A stretch of DNA of 63,452 bases from a virus. Its lineage: Duplodnaviria; Caudoviricetes. Both the position numbers and the translations under genes were made by a program. Under the pieces are notes generated by a model. The model did not search any database. It saw only the letters and a program-made list of their open reading frames with translations, and was not told where the DNA came from. Below, piece by piece: positions 45,213 to 54,705 of the stretch. The stretch is from the IMG/VR virus record IMGVR_UViG_3300005512_000028, positions 1-63,452 of that record. One strand, given 5' to 3'. Position 1 is the stretch's first letter, and each line of letters begins with the position of its first letter.

Positions 45213-46064
45213 CTATGCACAGTCACCTTCCGCCTCGCAATCGTAATCTTCGTCGCAGCAGTTCGCACAGGTGTCACAACACTCGGTCCACGAAATCCAC
45301 CCCTGGTTTCGGTTAGCCGTGTCGTTCAGCTCCACCTGCCAGCACGTTTCCTGCACGCCTCCCTCGCCGTCGTCCTCCTCCATTACAATTACCTTGCCGA
45401 GAACCGAACTGAGGTCTGTGTTCGTGTAGATTGGATCACCGCCGGGGCATCGGAGGTTGGGACCGTAGACGTCCCCCGGTATCAGCGTCGCCGTACCATC
45501 ATAACCATCTGCGAACCCAAAAACCCCTGCTCCACAGGCAGCCGTGGCCGTGTTGGTGAACGCGGGCAACGTCGGACATTCGTCAATGGAACGTCCGCTC
45601 AGTCGACCTTGGAAGAGGTTGATGCCCACCCCCAACGACATAACCCGAAAGTCAAACCGAGGGACACCACTGGCATGGTAATATGCTAAGTACAGATGGA
45701 TATCATCCGTAGCCGTCCCTGCGGCAGGGCCACTGCATGTAGCATTGCCCCATATTGACCTGGTTATCTGTTTGCTTGTGGTTAGCTCCCACTCACAATA
45801 CGGACTGCCTAACTGAAACGGCACTACATATGTCCCATTGACCTCATCGCATGCTGTGATCTTGGACGACCACGTGTTGAACACGTTAGACCGATCGCAA
45901 CAAGTGCCAACGGGCACAACGATCCCCTCAAGTTCGACGGTGATCCACTTGGGCGTGAGTGTATTGGGGCATAGAACGCACGGCGTAGGAGCCGGCTCGT
46001 AGCACGGCGTGACCTTATAATTGGCTGGGCAGCACGGCGTTATGATTAGAGGATGGCCGGGCAT
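45213..46064 (-). CDS. Cys-rich distal tail / virion protein
   Basis: Many Cys including CC pairs; end of the tail operon. Confidence 0.6.
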   Translation of the reverse strand: MPGHPLIITPCCPANYKVTPCYEPAPTPCVLCPNTLTPKWITVELEGIVVPVGTCCDRSNVFNTWSSKITACDEVNGTYVVPFQLGSPYCEWELTTSKQITRSIWGNATCSGPAAGTATDDIHLYLAYYHASGVPRFDFRVMSLGVGINLFQGRLSGRSIDECPTLPAFTNTATAACGAGVFGFADGYDGTATLIPGDVYGPNLRCPGGDPIYTNTDLSSVLGKVIVMEEDDGEGGVQETCWQVELNDTANRNQGWISWTECCDTCANCCDEDYDCEAEGDCA

Positions 46065-46672
46065 CAGTCGCATCCCCCGTCAATGCCATTGTTATCGGAG
46101 AACCAGTACTCTATCGAAGGCACCGATCCATTCATACGCACCGACGGGGTCATTCTGTAGACAACGTCATCTTGGGCTGGCATCGGCGTGAACTCATATA
46201 TACCGTCGCCATCGTAATCCAAGTGCTCTAAGATCACACCGTTGCCCATGCGCTGGTCCGCGTTCCCATCGCCCACTGTGATTGTAGTATTGGGAATCTC
46301 GATGCGGTTATACGCCGTACCGGTCCGGCCGCCGGATAGCTGAGTCCAGCCCGCGTGCAGATCACCCGTCTTGACGACCTCCGCAAACAGGTAAGACCAC
46401 TGCGTCGACGGGTCCGTAGCGTGCGCTGTGCCTTCCCCATTCATGTGCGTAGACTCGAGGATCACGGCGTCGAACGAGTCGTCTATGTACTTCGGAATTC
46501 TGGCGAGCAGCGCATTGATGTCGAGACGAAGTGTAATGCCGCTTGCCGCGGCGTTGACCAGAATCAGCCCGTCGCCCGTGATAGACGTCAGGGGCTCGAT
46601 GGCCTTGGACATCAGATTGAACTTGTCCCGAAGGCCATCGGGCTTGCCCGTGAACTCTGGCATTTTGGCCAT
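46064..46672 (-). CDS. Minor tail protein
   Basis: Position in the tail operon, 202 aa. Confidence 0.6.
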   Translation of the reverse strand: MAKMPEFTGKPDGLRDKFNLMSKAIEPLTSITGDGLILVNAAASGITLRLDINALLARIPKYIDDSFDAVILESTHMNGEGTAHATDPSTQWSYLFAEVVKTGDLHAGWTQLSGGRTGTAYNRIEIPNTTITVGDGNADQRMGNGVILEHLDYDGDGIYEFTPMPAQDDVVYRMTPSVRMNGSVPSIEYWFSDNNGIDGGCD

Positions 46673-46682
46673 CGTCTCGTCC

Positions 46683-47189
46683 TTAGATTGCGGCCTCGGA
46701 CAGGTCTACGACGCAGAACAGGCCCTCACCAAGCGTGCCCGTTCCTGCATCGACGGCGACATCGATCTCGATAACGTCCCCGACCTCGAGTGCGGTGTCG
46801 TCGATGCTGCCAGCGAGCAGCTCGTACGCCGCCTCCGCGCTGCTCAGCTCGATGCACGCCGAGTCCAGTACAGACGCGCCGTTCACCAGCAGGTCGACCG
46901 TGATAGTGGCGTTGCCTGCGCATGGAGTGACGCAGCCTGCCTTGACGGAGAGCAGCGTGCCCGTGGCCCCAACCACGACGTGAATCGTCTGCTGTTCGGC
47001 TGCTGCAGTCGTCTCGGACTCCTGCCGGTAGACGGGCCTGTGCTGATGCTGGAGCTTGCTGTACTGCAGATCTGCCGCGGCATTGACGGCACCGTCCTGT
47101 ATGCTACCAGCGCCCATCGTCACAGTGCCCGTGACACGGAGGGCTCCTCGAATGAGGACGTCACCTTCGATTGACTGTACATTCGCCAT
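46683..47189 (-). CDS. Minor tail/virion protein
   Basis: 168 aa, beta-rich, AGGAG RBS. Confidence 0.65.
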   Translation of the reverse strand: MANVQSIEGDVLIRGALRVTGTVTMGAGSIQDGAVNAAADLQYSKLQHQHRPVYRQESETTAAAEQQTIHVVVGATGTLLSVKAGCVTPCAGNATITVDLLVNGASVLDSACIELSSAEAAYELLAGSIDDTALEVGDVIEIDVAVDAGTGTLGEGLFCVVDLSEAAI

Positions 47190-47206
47190 ATCAGTCTCCT
47201 ACAGTT

Positions 47207-48004
47207 CTATGTCAAAGCCATTCCATTGAAGTCGATGCTCTCCACAAGCTCCGGCGTCCACTGGCCCACGGAGTCGACGAGGTCTTTCGGCGGCTTGCCG
47301 TCGTCTGGGTTGATGAAGATGGCGTCCTCGTCCCACGTGTCATCGCGGTACTGGAACGAGTACGTGACCCTGTAGTGACCCGTGGCCTTGTCGCGGTTGC
47401 CTTCGATACCCATGCACATCCACGTCCGTGCCAGCGCGTCGGGGTCAACCTCCCACCCCGCCTCGTTCACCTTACCAGTGTACAATCGGCTTCTCACGGC
47501 AGGGGAACTGGACTCCGTGCGAGTGCACGTCAAAGTAGTGCCCGGATTCATCTTGGACATCATAACGCCCTGCACAAACGTCTGGCCGCGCTTTTTGATG
47601 TCCAACATGTAGTCGGTGGGGTATGTATATGCGACGGTGATCAGAACGCCGTCCTTGTCCTTGTTCGTCTGTACTTGCGACACGGACGTGCCAACGCGAA
47701 TGTCGATGTCCTCGGGGTCGACCGAGTCCACCTCCGTGTCCTCGTCCTTGTATGTGAGCTTGACCGTCACGATACCATTGGCCACGGACGTTGGCGTATA
47801 CCCGCGTAGCTTGCACGAACTCACCGTTGGGTGATCCGACCCGATGTCCCCGACCGCGGCGATCAGCGAGTCCACGGCGTTTTTGATCTGGGCCTGACCC
47901 ACACCGGGCACGCCGGTCACCTTGGCGATACGGTCGAATCGCCATCCGTCTTTGTCGTATACACCGCCGCTGCCATCTGTGATGTCGATATGCAGTGTAG
48001 CCAT
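47207..48004 (-). CDS. Tail protein downstream of tape measure
   Basis: 265 aa, immediately after the TMP. Confidence 0.65.
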   Translation of the reverse strand: MATLHIDITDGSGGVYDKDGWRFDRIAKVTGVPGVGQAQIKNAVDSLIAAVGDIGSDHPTVSSCKLRGYTPTSVANGIVTVKLTYKDEDTEVDSVDPEDIDIRVGTSVSQVQTNKDKDGVLITVAYTYPTDYMLDIKKRGQTFVQGVMMSKMNPGTTLTCTRTESSSPAVRSRLYTGKVNEAGWEVDPDALARTWMCMGIEGNRDKATGHYRVTYSFQYRDDTWDEDAIFINPDDGKPPKDLVDSVGQWTPELVESIDFNGMALT

Positions 48005-50281
48005 TTACGTCAGCCCTTCTTTCTGAAGGAACGCCTCCGTAGCCTTGACGATGCGGTCGAGCGCCGTGTTGGTCTTCTTCGTCTCAGCTACAATGGGGTC
48101 GTCTCGCGTCATGTTCAGCCCCGCAACGTCGACGAGCGACGTACGGATAGTCTGGCCCTGGCCAACGTCCATCGGGCCTACCGTCTTGTCTGCAGCATCG
48201 AACTCCTGCTTGGCCTTGTCGTATGCACGAGAGTACGTCTGCTCGCTGATCTTGCCATCGTCGTAGAGAGACCACAGGTTGAGGAGCTGCTTACGGTGCG
48301 CCTCTTCCCTCGTCTGTACGCTCTCGCGGATACGATCGGCCTCCTGCTGCTGCCGTGTCGCGGCGTTCTGCTCCTCGGTAAGCTGCTTGATGATCTCCAT
48401 CTGCTTACGTGCGGCGGCGATCTTGTCCGCACCCGCATTGAGGTTTCGCAGATCGAAGATCACGGCGGGCTCCCCGCTACGGAGGAGAGCCACCTGCTTA
48501 TCAAGATCGGCCAGCGTCGACGTAATGCCCTCCACGCGCTTGTGCTCCTGCTCCATTGCGGCCGTTGCGGCCTGCGTCTCCTTCGCCAATTTGATCTGCT
48601 CGTCCGTGGCACCCAACGACTGCAGTTTGTAGATTTCCATCTCGGCCGACGTCATACCAAGCGTGGCCTTCTGCCTCTCCAAACCCGCAAGCGTCCCCTC
48701 GATGGCGTTCTGTACTTTCTGCTGCGCCTTGTTCAGGGGCTCCACGGATGCCTCGTGCTTCTTCTGCGCCGCCAACTCCTTATTGACCGCCTGAAGCGCC
48801 GCCTGCTGCTTCTCAAGGAGCTTCGCGGCGACGCGTGTTCTGGCCTCCGCTGCCTCTCGCTTGCTACCTTCGAACTCCGACTCCTGCGTCTCGAACAGCT
48901 CCTTCTGCTGCTCCAGCAGAGTCACGTAGGTCTGCAGTGCGCCTGCCTTTTCCTCCAGCGTCTTCGCTTCTTTGACGTGCTTACGTGCCGATGTAATACC
49001 AGACTGCATTCGTGCGAACGCTCGCGACTCGGCCTGAATCTTGATCATCTCCATGCGAGCCTTCATCACCTGATACGCTACATACATAAACCCGGCAGCC
49101 AGCGCAACGAGCGGGCCCGCCGCCATCGCCTTGGTCACCATCATATTGACCTGCTTGGCAGCCGTGTTCGCGTTGGTGGCCATCGTGTTTATGCCAACCG
49201 CCGTGGTCTCAGATACCACAGCAGCGCCCTTGGCCGTGGTCGCTCCCGTAGCCATCAGCTCCGACGCTGCATATGCCTTGGCCGAGAGCGATGCTGCTTG
49301 GCTTGCTGCCGTGAACAGTTTGACAATGGACACCACGCCCTGCACCGCACTGACGAGCATGTTGGCGGCGCGTCCGACGGCCATCAGTACCTGTATGGCC
49401 TTGCTCGCCACATAGAGCTTGACCAACCCCATGAACAGGCGCTTCGCTGCCGCGACGAGCCTGTCCATCTCCTCCGCGGGCATGTCGCGGAGGTCGAAGG
49501 CCAACTGCTTGAGGATGTTAATCGTGCCCGTTGCGGCGGGGATGACACGGCCAGTGAGATTGTTCGCCGCGTCCTTCATCGCACCCATCATGCCGCGCAT
49601 GGAGTTCGTCAGGCTACCTGCCGTCCGCTCGGCATCGCCGTGCGCGTCTGCAGTTCCCTTCATAATGACGTTGAACCGAGCCATGACCTTTTGCTGGGTC
49701 GACGCGGCCTGCGTCCCACCACGGACGCCCATCGTGAAGAGCTCCTGCCGCAGCGTGTCCTCGTTGAGAATCACGCCATACCGTCGCATCACCTCGTGGT
49801 TACCAACGAGGGCCGACTGCAGACGCATCATGGCCTCCTCGTCCGTGGTGTTGTGGAACGACCCGAGGTCGATGGAGAGCTTGACGATCTGCTCGGACAA
49901 CTCGCGTGCCTTGTCGCGCGCCCATCCAAGCGGGACGAACGTATCCTGCATGGACGCCATATACCCTGCGACCTGCGTTTGCGATCGGCCTACCGTGTTG
50001 GCCAGCGTCTCCGACCACTTCAGCGCGGCGTCGGCCTGGTCTTTGAACACGGCGTAGAACTTACTCATGGACTCCTGCGTATCCGAGCCCATCTTCATCA
50101 GCGCCCCGAAGCCCGCGCCCGCGGCAAGGATCAATCTACCAGACAGCATGTCGACCGCGCGCATCGCCGCCTTCGCCCCTACGCCTAGCGTCTGGAGAGA
50201 CGCCTCTGCACGGGCGATGGCCGCTTGGTACTGACCAGAGTCCATCCGCAGCGACACGCTAATCGTGGCTAGGTTGGCCAT
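48005..50281 (-). CDS. Tape measure protein (758 aa)
   Basis: MANLATISVSL start, Ala-rich helical, DLGSFHN...ALVG...RRYG; follows the chaperone pair. Confidence 0.9.
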   Translation of the reverse strand: MANLATISVSLRMDSGQYQAAIARAEASLQTLGVGAKAAMRAVDMLSGRLILAAGAGFGALMKMGSDTQESMSKFYAVFKDQADAALKWSETLANTVGRSQTQVAGYMASMQDTFVPLGWARDKARELSEQIVKLSIDLGSFHNTTDEEAMMRLQSALVGNHEVMRRYGVILNEDTLRQELFTMGVRGGTQAASTQQKVMARFNVIMKGTADAHGDAERTAGSLTNSMRGMMGAMKDAANNLTGRVIPAATGTINILKQLAFDLRDMPAEEMDRLVAAAKRLFMGLVKLYVASKAIQVLMAVGRAANMLVSAVQGVVSIVKLFTAASQAASLSAKAYAASELMATGATTAKGAAVVSETTAVGINTMATNANTAAKQVNMMVTKAMAAGPLVALAAGFMYVAYQVMKARMEMIKIQAESRAFARMQSGITSARKHVKEAKTLEEKAGALQTYVTLLEQQKELFETQESEFEGSKREAAEARTRVAAKLLEKQQAALQAVNKELAAQKKHEASVEPLNKAQQKVQNAIEGTLAGLERQKATLGMTSAEMEIYKLQSLGATDEQIKLAKETQAATAAMEQEHKRVEGITSTLADLDKQVALLRSGEPAVIFDLRNLNAGADKIAAARKQMEIIKQLTEEQNAATRQQQEADRIRESVQTREEAHRKQLLNLWSLYDDGKISEQTYSRAYDKAKQEFDAADKTVGPMDVGQGQTIRTSLVDVAGLNMTRDDPIVAETKKTNTALDRIVKATEAFLQKEGLT

Positions 50282-50668
50282 GCCTGTTCCTCTTTGCCTT
50301 CCGTCTGGCTGCTCTGCGCTTCCGGGCTTCTCGTATCTGCTCGGGCCCGATCTTGCCTCGCCGCGCCAGCGCCTTGAACACGTTCTTGATAGTGTCCGGG
50401 GCCTGCTCCGCGCGCTCGCCAAACTTCATGATCCAGTCGGACGCCTTGGTCTTCTTCGACCCCGACTTCAACCACATATTGATGAGAGGACTCGTCATCG
50501 CACCTGCACGCAGGTCCTCTCGCTCGCTTCCGAACGGGTCGATGTTGTAGTAAGCCTGCCACTCGCAAAACTCCGAACTGGACATGCGACGCAGCATCTC
50601 GTTGACGGTCATCCCGCCCAAGGCCAGCGCTAGCTTAAACGCAAAGCGCCGACCTGAGCGGCGCTTCA
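50259..50668 (-). CDS. Tail assembly chaperone, frameshifted extension (gpGT-like)
   Basis: -1 frame after GGGAAAC reads LKRRSGRRFAFKLALALGGMTVNEML...EWQAYYNIDPFG. Confidence 0.75.
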
Positions 50669-51040
50669 GTTTCCCTCAAGCTCTTCGATGTCCTTTGAGG
50701 TCATAGCGGACAGCCGCTGGATGACGTCGACGACCCGGTTGAGCGCCGTTGCCGAGAGACGGCCAAGCGCATCCACGTCCTCTTGGGAGAAGAGGCTCTC
50801 GCCCGCCTCACTGATAATGCACCGGCAGGCGAGCTTGGCCTTCGTGTTGTCCCGCGACCACTCGACCTTGATCTTGTTGTTGACCTCACGCGCCTGGAAG
50901 ATCGATGCCTCATACGCATCTCGCTCCTCGGCCGTGAGCTCACGAACGAGGACAGAGCCTCCCCACTCGGGGACCGGCACTTCCTCCCGCTGGAGCTTAC
51001 CAGCGGTGTTCAGAATCTGCTCTCGCGTCAAATACGCCAT
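50666..51040 (-). CDS. Tail assembly chaperone (gpG-like)
   Basis: LTREQIL...VPVPEWGGSVLVREL; ends EGN on the slippery site. Confidence 0.85.
   Translation of the reverse strand: MAYLTREQILNTAGKLQREEVPVPEWGGSVLVRELTAEERDAYEASIFQAREVNNKIKVEWSRDNTKAKLACRCIISEAGESLFSQEDVDALGRLSATALNRVVDVIQRLSAMTSKDIEELEGN
50669..50675 (-). promoter_or_regulatory. -1 ribosomal frameshift site GGGAAAC
   Basis: X XXY YYZ heptamer just before the stop, followed by hairpin AAGCGCCG/CGGCGCTT. Confidence 0.8.
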
Positions 51041-51108
51041 CTCACATCTCCTTCCCACGGGGCCTCCCCTATTGGAGGCCCGTCACCACGCCCATGTTCA
51101 TGCTCGTG

Positions 51109-51507
51109 CTACGAGCCCGCAGTGAACGTCGGCGAGCCGGACAGCTTGATGGTCAGATCGTGAGGCATCTCGCCATCCTGCGGCGCGCTCACGTTGCCGC
51201 CGGAGCTGATGAACCCATCCGACACCCACGTCGACCCGTCAGCGAACGTCACCGTGAACTCCTCAGTGTCGCCCGCGATCCACGCGTCGAGGATGGCGTC
51301 GTAATTGGTCTTGTCGTACAGCATCTCGACGGTGATCTCGCCGGGCTCCTTCTGGCCCGAAACGTACTTCTTGAACTCGTCGGAGGTGGTGGTGATATCG
51401 ACCTTCGTGGTGTCGGTGCCACCAACGGAAACGCTCCGAATCATCCCGATGCTGCCCGTCGCATCGCCTGCCAGCGTTACGCCCGTTCCTGCAATGCCGT
51501 CTGCCAT
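51109..51507 (-). CDS. Major tail tube protein
   Basis: VDITT...KKYVSGQKEPGEITV...TFADGSTW...GFI...IKLSGSP. Confidence 0.85.
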   Translation of the reverse strand: MADGIAGTGVTLAGDATGSIGMIRSVSVGGTDTTKVDITTTSDEFKKYVSGQKEPGEITVEMLYDKTNYDAILDAWIAGDTEEFTVTFADGSTWVSDGFISSGGNVSAPQDGEMPHDLTIKLSGSPTFTAGS

Positions 51508-51520
51508 TGTAATGCTCCCT

Positions 51521-51961
51521 TCAGTCCGTCTGGCTTATCCAGACAAGGTAGTTGATAGTGAATAGGAACCGCCTCTTGGCCGTGTCCGTCTCCTGTCCTA
51601 ACGACAAGATCGGTGACTGCTGCGTCATCACGTCGACCATGTAAGTGCAGTCCTCCACCAGTACGGTCTCTCGGTGGATGACCTCCAGCATGGCCCGCAT
51701 CTCGTCGGCCTTCCGCCATCCATCTGCATGGCTTGCAGACCGTATGCGAATCTGAACTCCGTACTGCTCCTGATGCTCGCCCGACGCCAAACGCCCCTGT
51801 ACCTCCCCTGCCGTATCGTAAAGGCAGAGGCTATCATCCGGCGAATCCGGCTGGTGCGTATAGAACAGGGGCCACTCGCCACTATCCGTAGGCAACGTGC
51901 CGTACGGTCCGATGCGGCCTCGTATCATCTCAACTACAATCAGTCCCGGTGGGTGTCTCAC
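51521..51961 (-). CDS. Tail terminator / minor capsid-like protein
   Basis: PDSPDD..LYDTAG, VQIRIRS, FTINY; position. Confidence 0.75.
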   Translation of the reverse strand: MRHPPGLIVVEMIRGRIGPYGTLPTDSGEWPLFYTHQPDSPDDSLCLYDTAGEVQGRLASGEHQEQYGVQIRIRSASHADGWRKADEMRAMLEVIHRETVLVEDCTYMVDVMTQQSPILSLGQETDTAKRRFLFTINYLVWISQTD

Positions 51962-52317
51962 AGCTCACCTCGAATGATACGGATGATCCTCTGCCGATGC
52001 ACACGCAGCGGGCCCTCGAGGAACTTCGCCTGCTTGCCCGGTGCATGACGCGCCTCTAGATTCTCGTGTACATAGACCGCATACATCGCCGTGTAGCCAA
52101 CGATGACGTCGATGGCCCACCCGGCACCTACCTGTCGCGTAAATGCAGAGTTCTTCAGGTTGGATGTATCAATAGGCACCACGCGCTGGCTCTCGCGCTG
52201 CAGAAAAAGCCCTGCACGTTTCATATTGCGTTCAAAGGCCACGGCATCCGTCTTGCCCCTCCCACGGAGGGCCTTGATGGCTTTGTCCAGCCCTTTGAGT
52301 TTGCACGTGGTAGCCAT
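51958..52317 (-). CDS. HK97 gp10-like neck protein
   Basis: VPIDTSNLKNS, YAVYVHE, AKFLE. Confidence 0.85.
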   Translation of the reverse strand: MATTCKLKGLDKAIKALRGRGKTDAVAFERNMKRAGLFLQRESQRVVPIDTSNLKNSAFTRQVGAGWAIDVIVGYTAMYAVYVHENLEARHAPGKQAKFLEGPLRVHRQRIIRIIRGEL

Positions 52318-52320
52318 ACT

Positions 52321-52665
52321 CTATACCATAACCAATCGCAGAAACGCGGTCGCCTTCAAGTTCGGTGTCTTGGCGAAGGACCGGATAGCCCACGCATCGC
52401 TAACCTCTCGCGGATTGGCGTCCTCGTCGACGTCGTCCAGATCGCCAAGCATTATGTAACCGCCGGGCTCGATGTCCTCTCCGACATAGACCTTCGCCTT
52501 GGACACCTGTCTCTCGCCTTGCGCGTCGATGAACTCCTCTGCAGTATCCTCCCAACGGCAGGACAGCTCGACGGGGTCCGCGAACGTGGTACGTCCGTAG
52601 GCATCGCTGCCACTCGGTGCCCAGTACACGGCCGTCTGCCGTAGCATTCTGGTCAGGATACTCAT
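52321..52665 (-). CDS. Head closure protein
   Basis: QTAVYW..DAYG..CRWED; position. Confidence 0.75.
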   Translation of the reverse strand: MSILTRMLRQTAVYWAPSGSDAYGRTTFADPVELSCRWEDTAEEFIDAQGERQVSKAKVYVGEDIEPGGYIMLGDLDDVDEDANPREVSDAWAIRSFAKTPNLKATAFLRLVMV

Positions 52666-53069
52666 TCGTCGTCGTCCTCGTCCTCAGTGCCGAGCCACGT
52701 AATGCCCGGCGTTACAGTCTTGATACCCGCTTTAGGCTTCTGGTTCAAGGCTGCCAAATTGCCATCTGTGTCAAGGAGCATCGCCTGCTGGCCATACGTG
52801 GTCAGGTCGAGATGCATACCAGTCTGGCCTTGGTAGCTCACGGATACGCCTGCAGACTCGGATGACGTACGGGGGTCTCTGACCGCATAGAAGTGCGCAG
52901 AGAGCCACCGCTCAATCAGCTCCAGCCTCGCGTCCGTGTACCCGGAGTCACTGCACAACTCGGTCACCAGCGCATTGGCAACCTCAATGAACGGGGCCAG
53001 ATCTGTGCTAACGGTAGCGTCGACCTCGATGATCTTTCCGATTGCAGCTGCTGTCGTCCGCACAGCCAT
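52662..53069 (-). CDS. Head-tail adaptor
   Basis: IERWLSAHF, LTTYGQQAMLLD. Confidence 0.75.
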   Translation of the reverse strand: MAVRTTAAAIGKIIEVDATVSTDLAPFIEVANALVTELCSDSGYTDARLELIERWLSAHFYAVRDPRTSSESAGVSVSYQGQTGMHLDLTTYGQQAMLLDTDGNLAALNQKPKAGIKTVTPGITWLGTEDEDDDE

Positions 53070-53070
53070 G

Positions 53071-53436
53071 TCATCTCCCTTGCGCGGCCATGACGAGCTT
53101 CGTGGCCAGCGTAACCAAAGTCGCTGCACATCCGGCGACGACCACGACCAGAACCCAAACAGCACGGCCCACTCGCACGCCGCCTCGAATCTGATTGACG
53201 TACTCGTCGACGGTTTTCCGCACCGAACATGTGGCCGCGTGCTTCACGATCTTGGCGTCCATATGCTCGTCGGCGCGGGAGGCCAAGTCGTCGATCTTCG
53301 CACCTAACCCGTCTCTGAGTTCGTCGATCTGTCGTCGCTGTTCCTTGCCTACCTCATTGATAGCACGGAACGCGATCTTCTCCACAAGCGCCTCTTGCGC
53401 TCGCGTGAAATCGCCGGGATTCATATTGCCTGACAT
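53071..53436 (-). CDS. Coiled-coil protein with C-terminal TM (holin-like)
   Basis: 121 aa with a hydrophobic C-terminus. Confidence 0.55.
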   Translation of the reverse strand: MSGNMNPGDFTRAQEALVEKIAFRAINEVGKEQRRQIDELRDGLGAKIDDLASRADEHMDAKIVKHAATCSVRKTVDEYVNQIRGGVRVGRAVWVLVVVVAGCAATLVTLATKLVMAAQGR

Positions 53437-53445
53437 ATATACCCC

Positions 53446-54705
53446 TTACGTGGCAGCGGCTATCCGCTTCTTGACCGTCATCTTACCAGTGACAAGCGTG
53501 ATCAACGACGCGCCTACCGTTACGATGAACTGCACTATGTAATTGTACTGCTTCCCCGGAGGCATCGTCCCTAGCGCTGCTGTTTGTGCTGCGGTAAGAT
53601 CGGCGGACAGGGTCACCGTTGTTCCGTCTTGGCTAACTGTTGCATCGACTTCAACGGTCGCTGCCGTATCCGATGCGTTGTAATCGGTGGTGGAGATCAG
53701 CCGCATGACCGCCGTGGCACCATCCAAGCTAACGCCGTCGTAATTGCTAACCGTAGCGCCAATCTCACGGCCATCCGACGCCAAGCAGTCATCGCCCGCG
53801 TAAACAATCCACGTGCCGTCTGCATAGGCAGGGCCGGTATAGGTCACAGACACAGAACCCAGCGTGTCCGTCTTGGCCTTGATCGCATCCACGTATGCCC
53901 CGATCACCTCAAGCGTATCTGTGCTCTCCGACCACCCATCGCCCTTGATCTCAGTGAAGCCCGCTGTGACCACGACCGTCGTTGCCAAGCCGCTCTGCAC
54001 AGCCGTCACGCCTTCTGTACTGAGAGCAAAGCCTGTCTTGCCCCATGTACCGAGCGAGGAGGTGCATGCCGTCTCTACGTCGTCCGAAGTGAGCAAGGCC
54101 AGAGCAGCCAAAGCGCTGTCTAGCTCATCATTCGTCGGCGGGTCGTACTCTTGCACGGCAGCCAACGCAGCCGCTTGCACGTTCGCAGAGGACAGGTCGT
54201 TCAGTGCGGCAAAGGCATCGGACATCTCGGTGTCCGTTGGCGGATCATACTCTTGCACGGCAGCCAGCGCAGCCGCTTGCACGTCGTCCGAAACGAGTGT
54301 GGAGTAGCCCGTCGCCTTGAAGTCTGCGACGCCTGCCACAGCCGCTCCGGCGACCTCCCTCACGTCTACCTGTAGTTTGTCTGTTCCGAACAGCGACTCA
54401 AATGCCGTGGCCTCCATGACCATGTACTCGTGCCAGACGCTGAGAGCGCCGGACACGGACGCCTCAAGGCACAACTGGCCGACCGTGTTCGTGTCGGTGG
54501 TGTTGAGCGGGCAGGCGTACCAACCTCGCGTGTCGTGTGTACAGCCGGTCGCTTCATTCTTTGGAGCGAAGGCCCCGCCTGCCTTGGACAACAGAACATC
54601 GCTTGCGTTGATGACCAAACTGGTCTCAGCCGTCTTGCCGTCGTCCTCATCGACGTACCGGCCAATCCGAAGTGTAATAGCCGTGCCTTGTTTGATTATG
54701 AGCAT
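53446..54705 (-). CDS. Putative virion/decoration protein
   Basis: 419 aa Ala/Thr-rich, duplicated VQAAALAAVQEYDPPT. Confidence 0.65.
   Translation of the reverse strand: MLIIKQGTAITLRIGRYVDEDDGKTAETSLVINASDVLLSKAGGAFAPKNEATGCTHDTRGWYACPLNTTDTNTVGQLCLEASVSGALSVWHEYMVMEATAFESLFGTDKLQVDVREVAGAAVAGVADFKATGYSTLVSDDVQAAALAAVQEYDPPTDTEMSDAFAALNDLSSANVQAAALAAVQEYDPPTNDELDSALAALALLTSDDVETACTSSLGTWGKTGFALSTEGVTAVQSGLATTVVVTAGFTEIKGDGWSESTDTLEVIGAYVDAIKAKTDTLGSVSVTYTGPAYADGTWIVYAGDDCLASDGREIGATVSNYDGVSLDGATAVMRLISTTDYNASDTAATVEVDATVSQDGTTVTLSADLTAAQTAALGTMPPGKQYNYIVQFIVTVGASLITLVTGKMTVKKRIAAAT

Noticed and set aside
47831-50188. Long antisense ORFs (also 3863-5680, 54720-56147, 56937-59213, 29953-31389)
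   Set aside because: Shadow frames of real high-GC genes, with no motifs of their own
50669-50675. Tail chaperone frameshift as a novelty
   Set aside because: Probably real but standard for long-tailed phages; listed as a feature only
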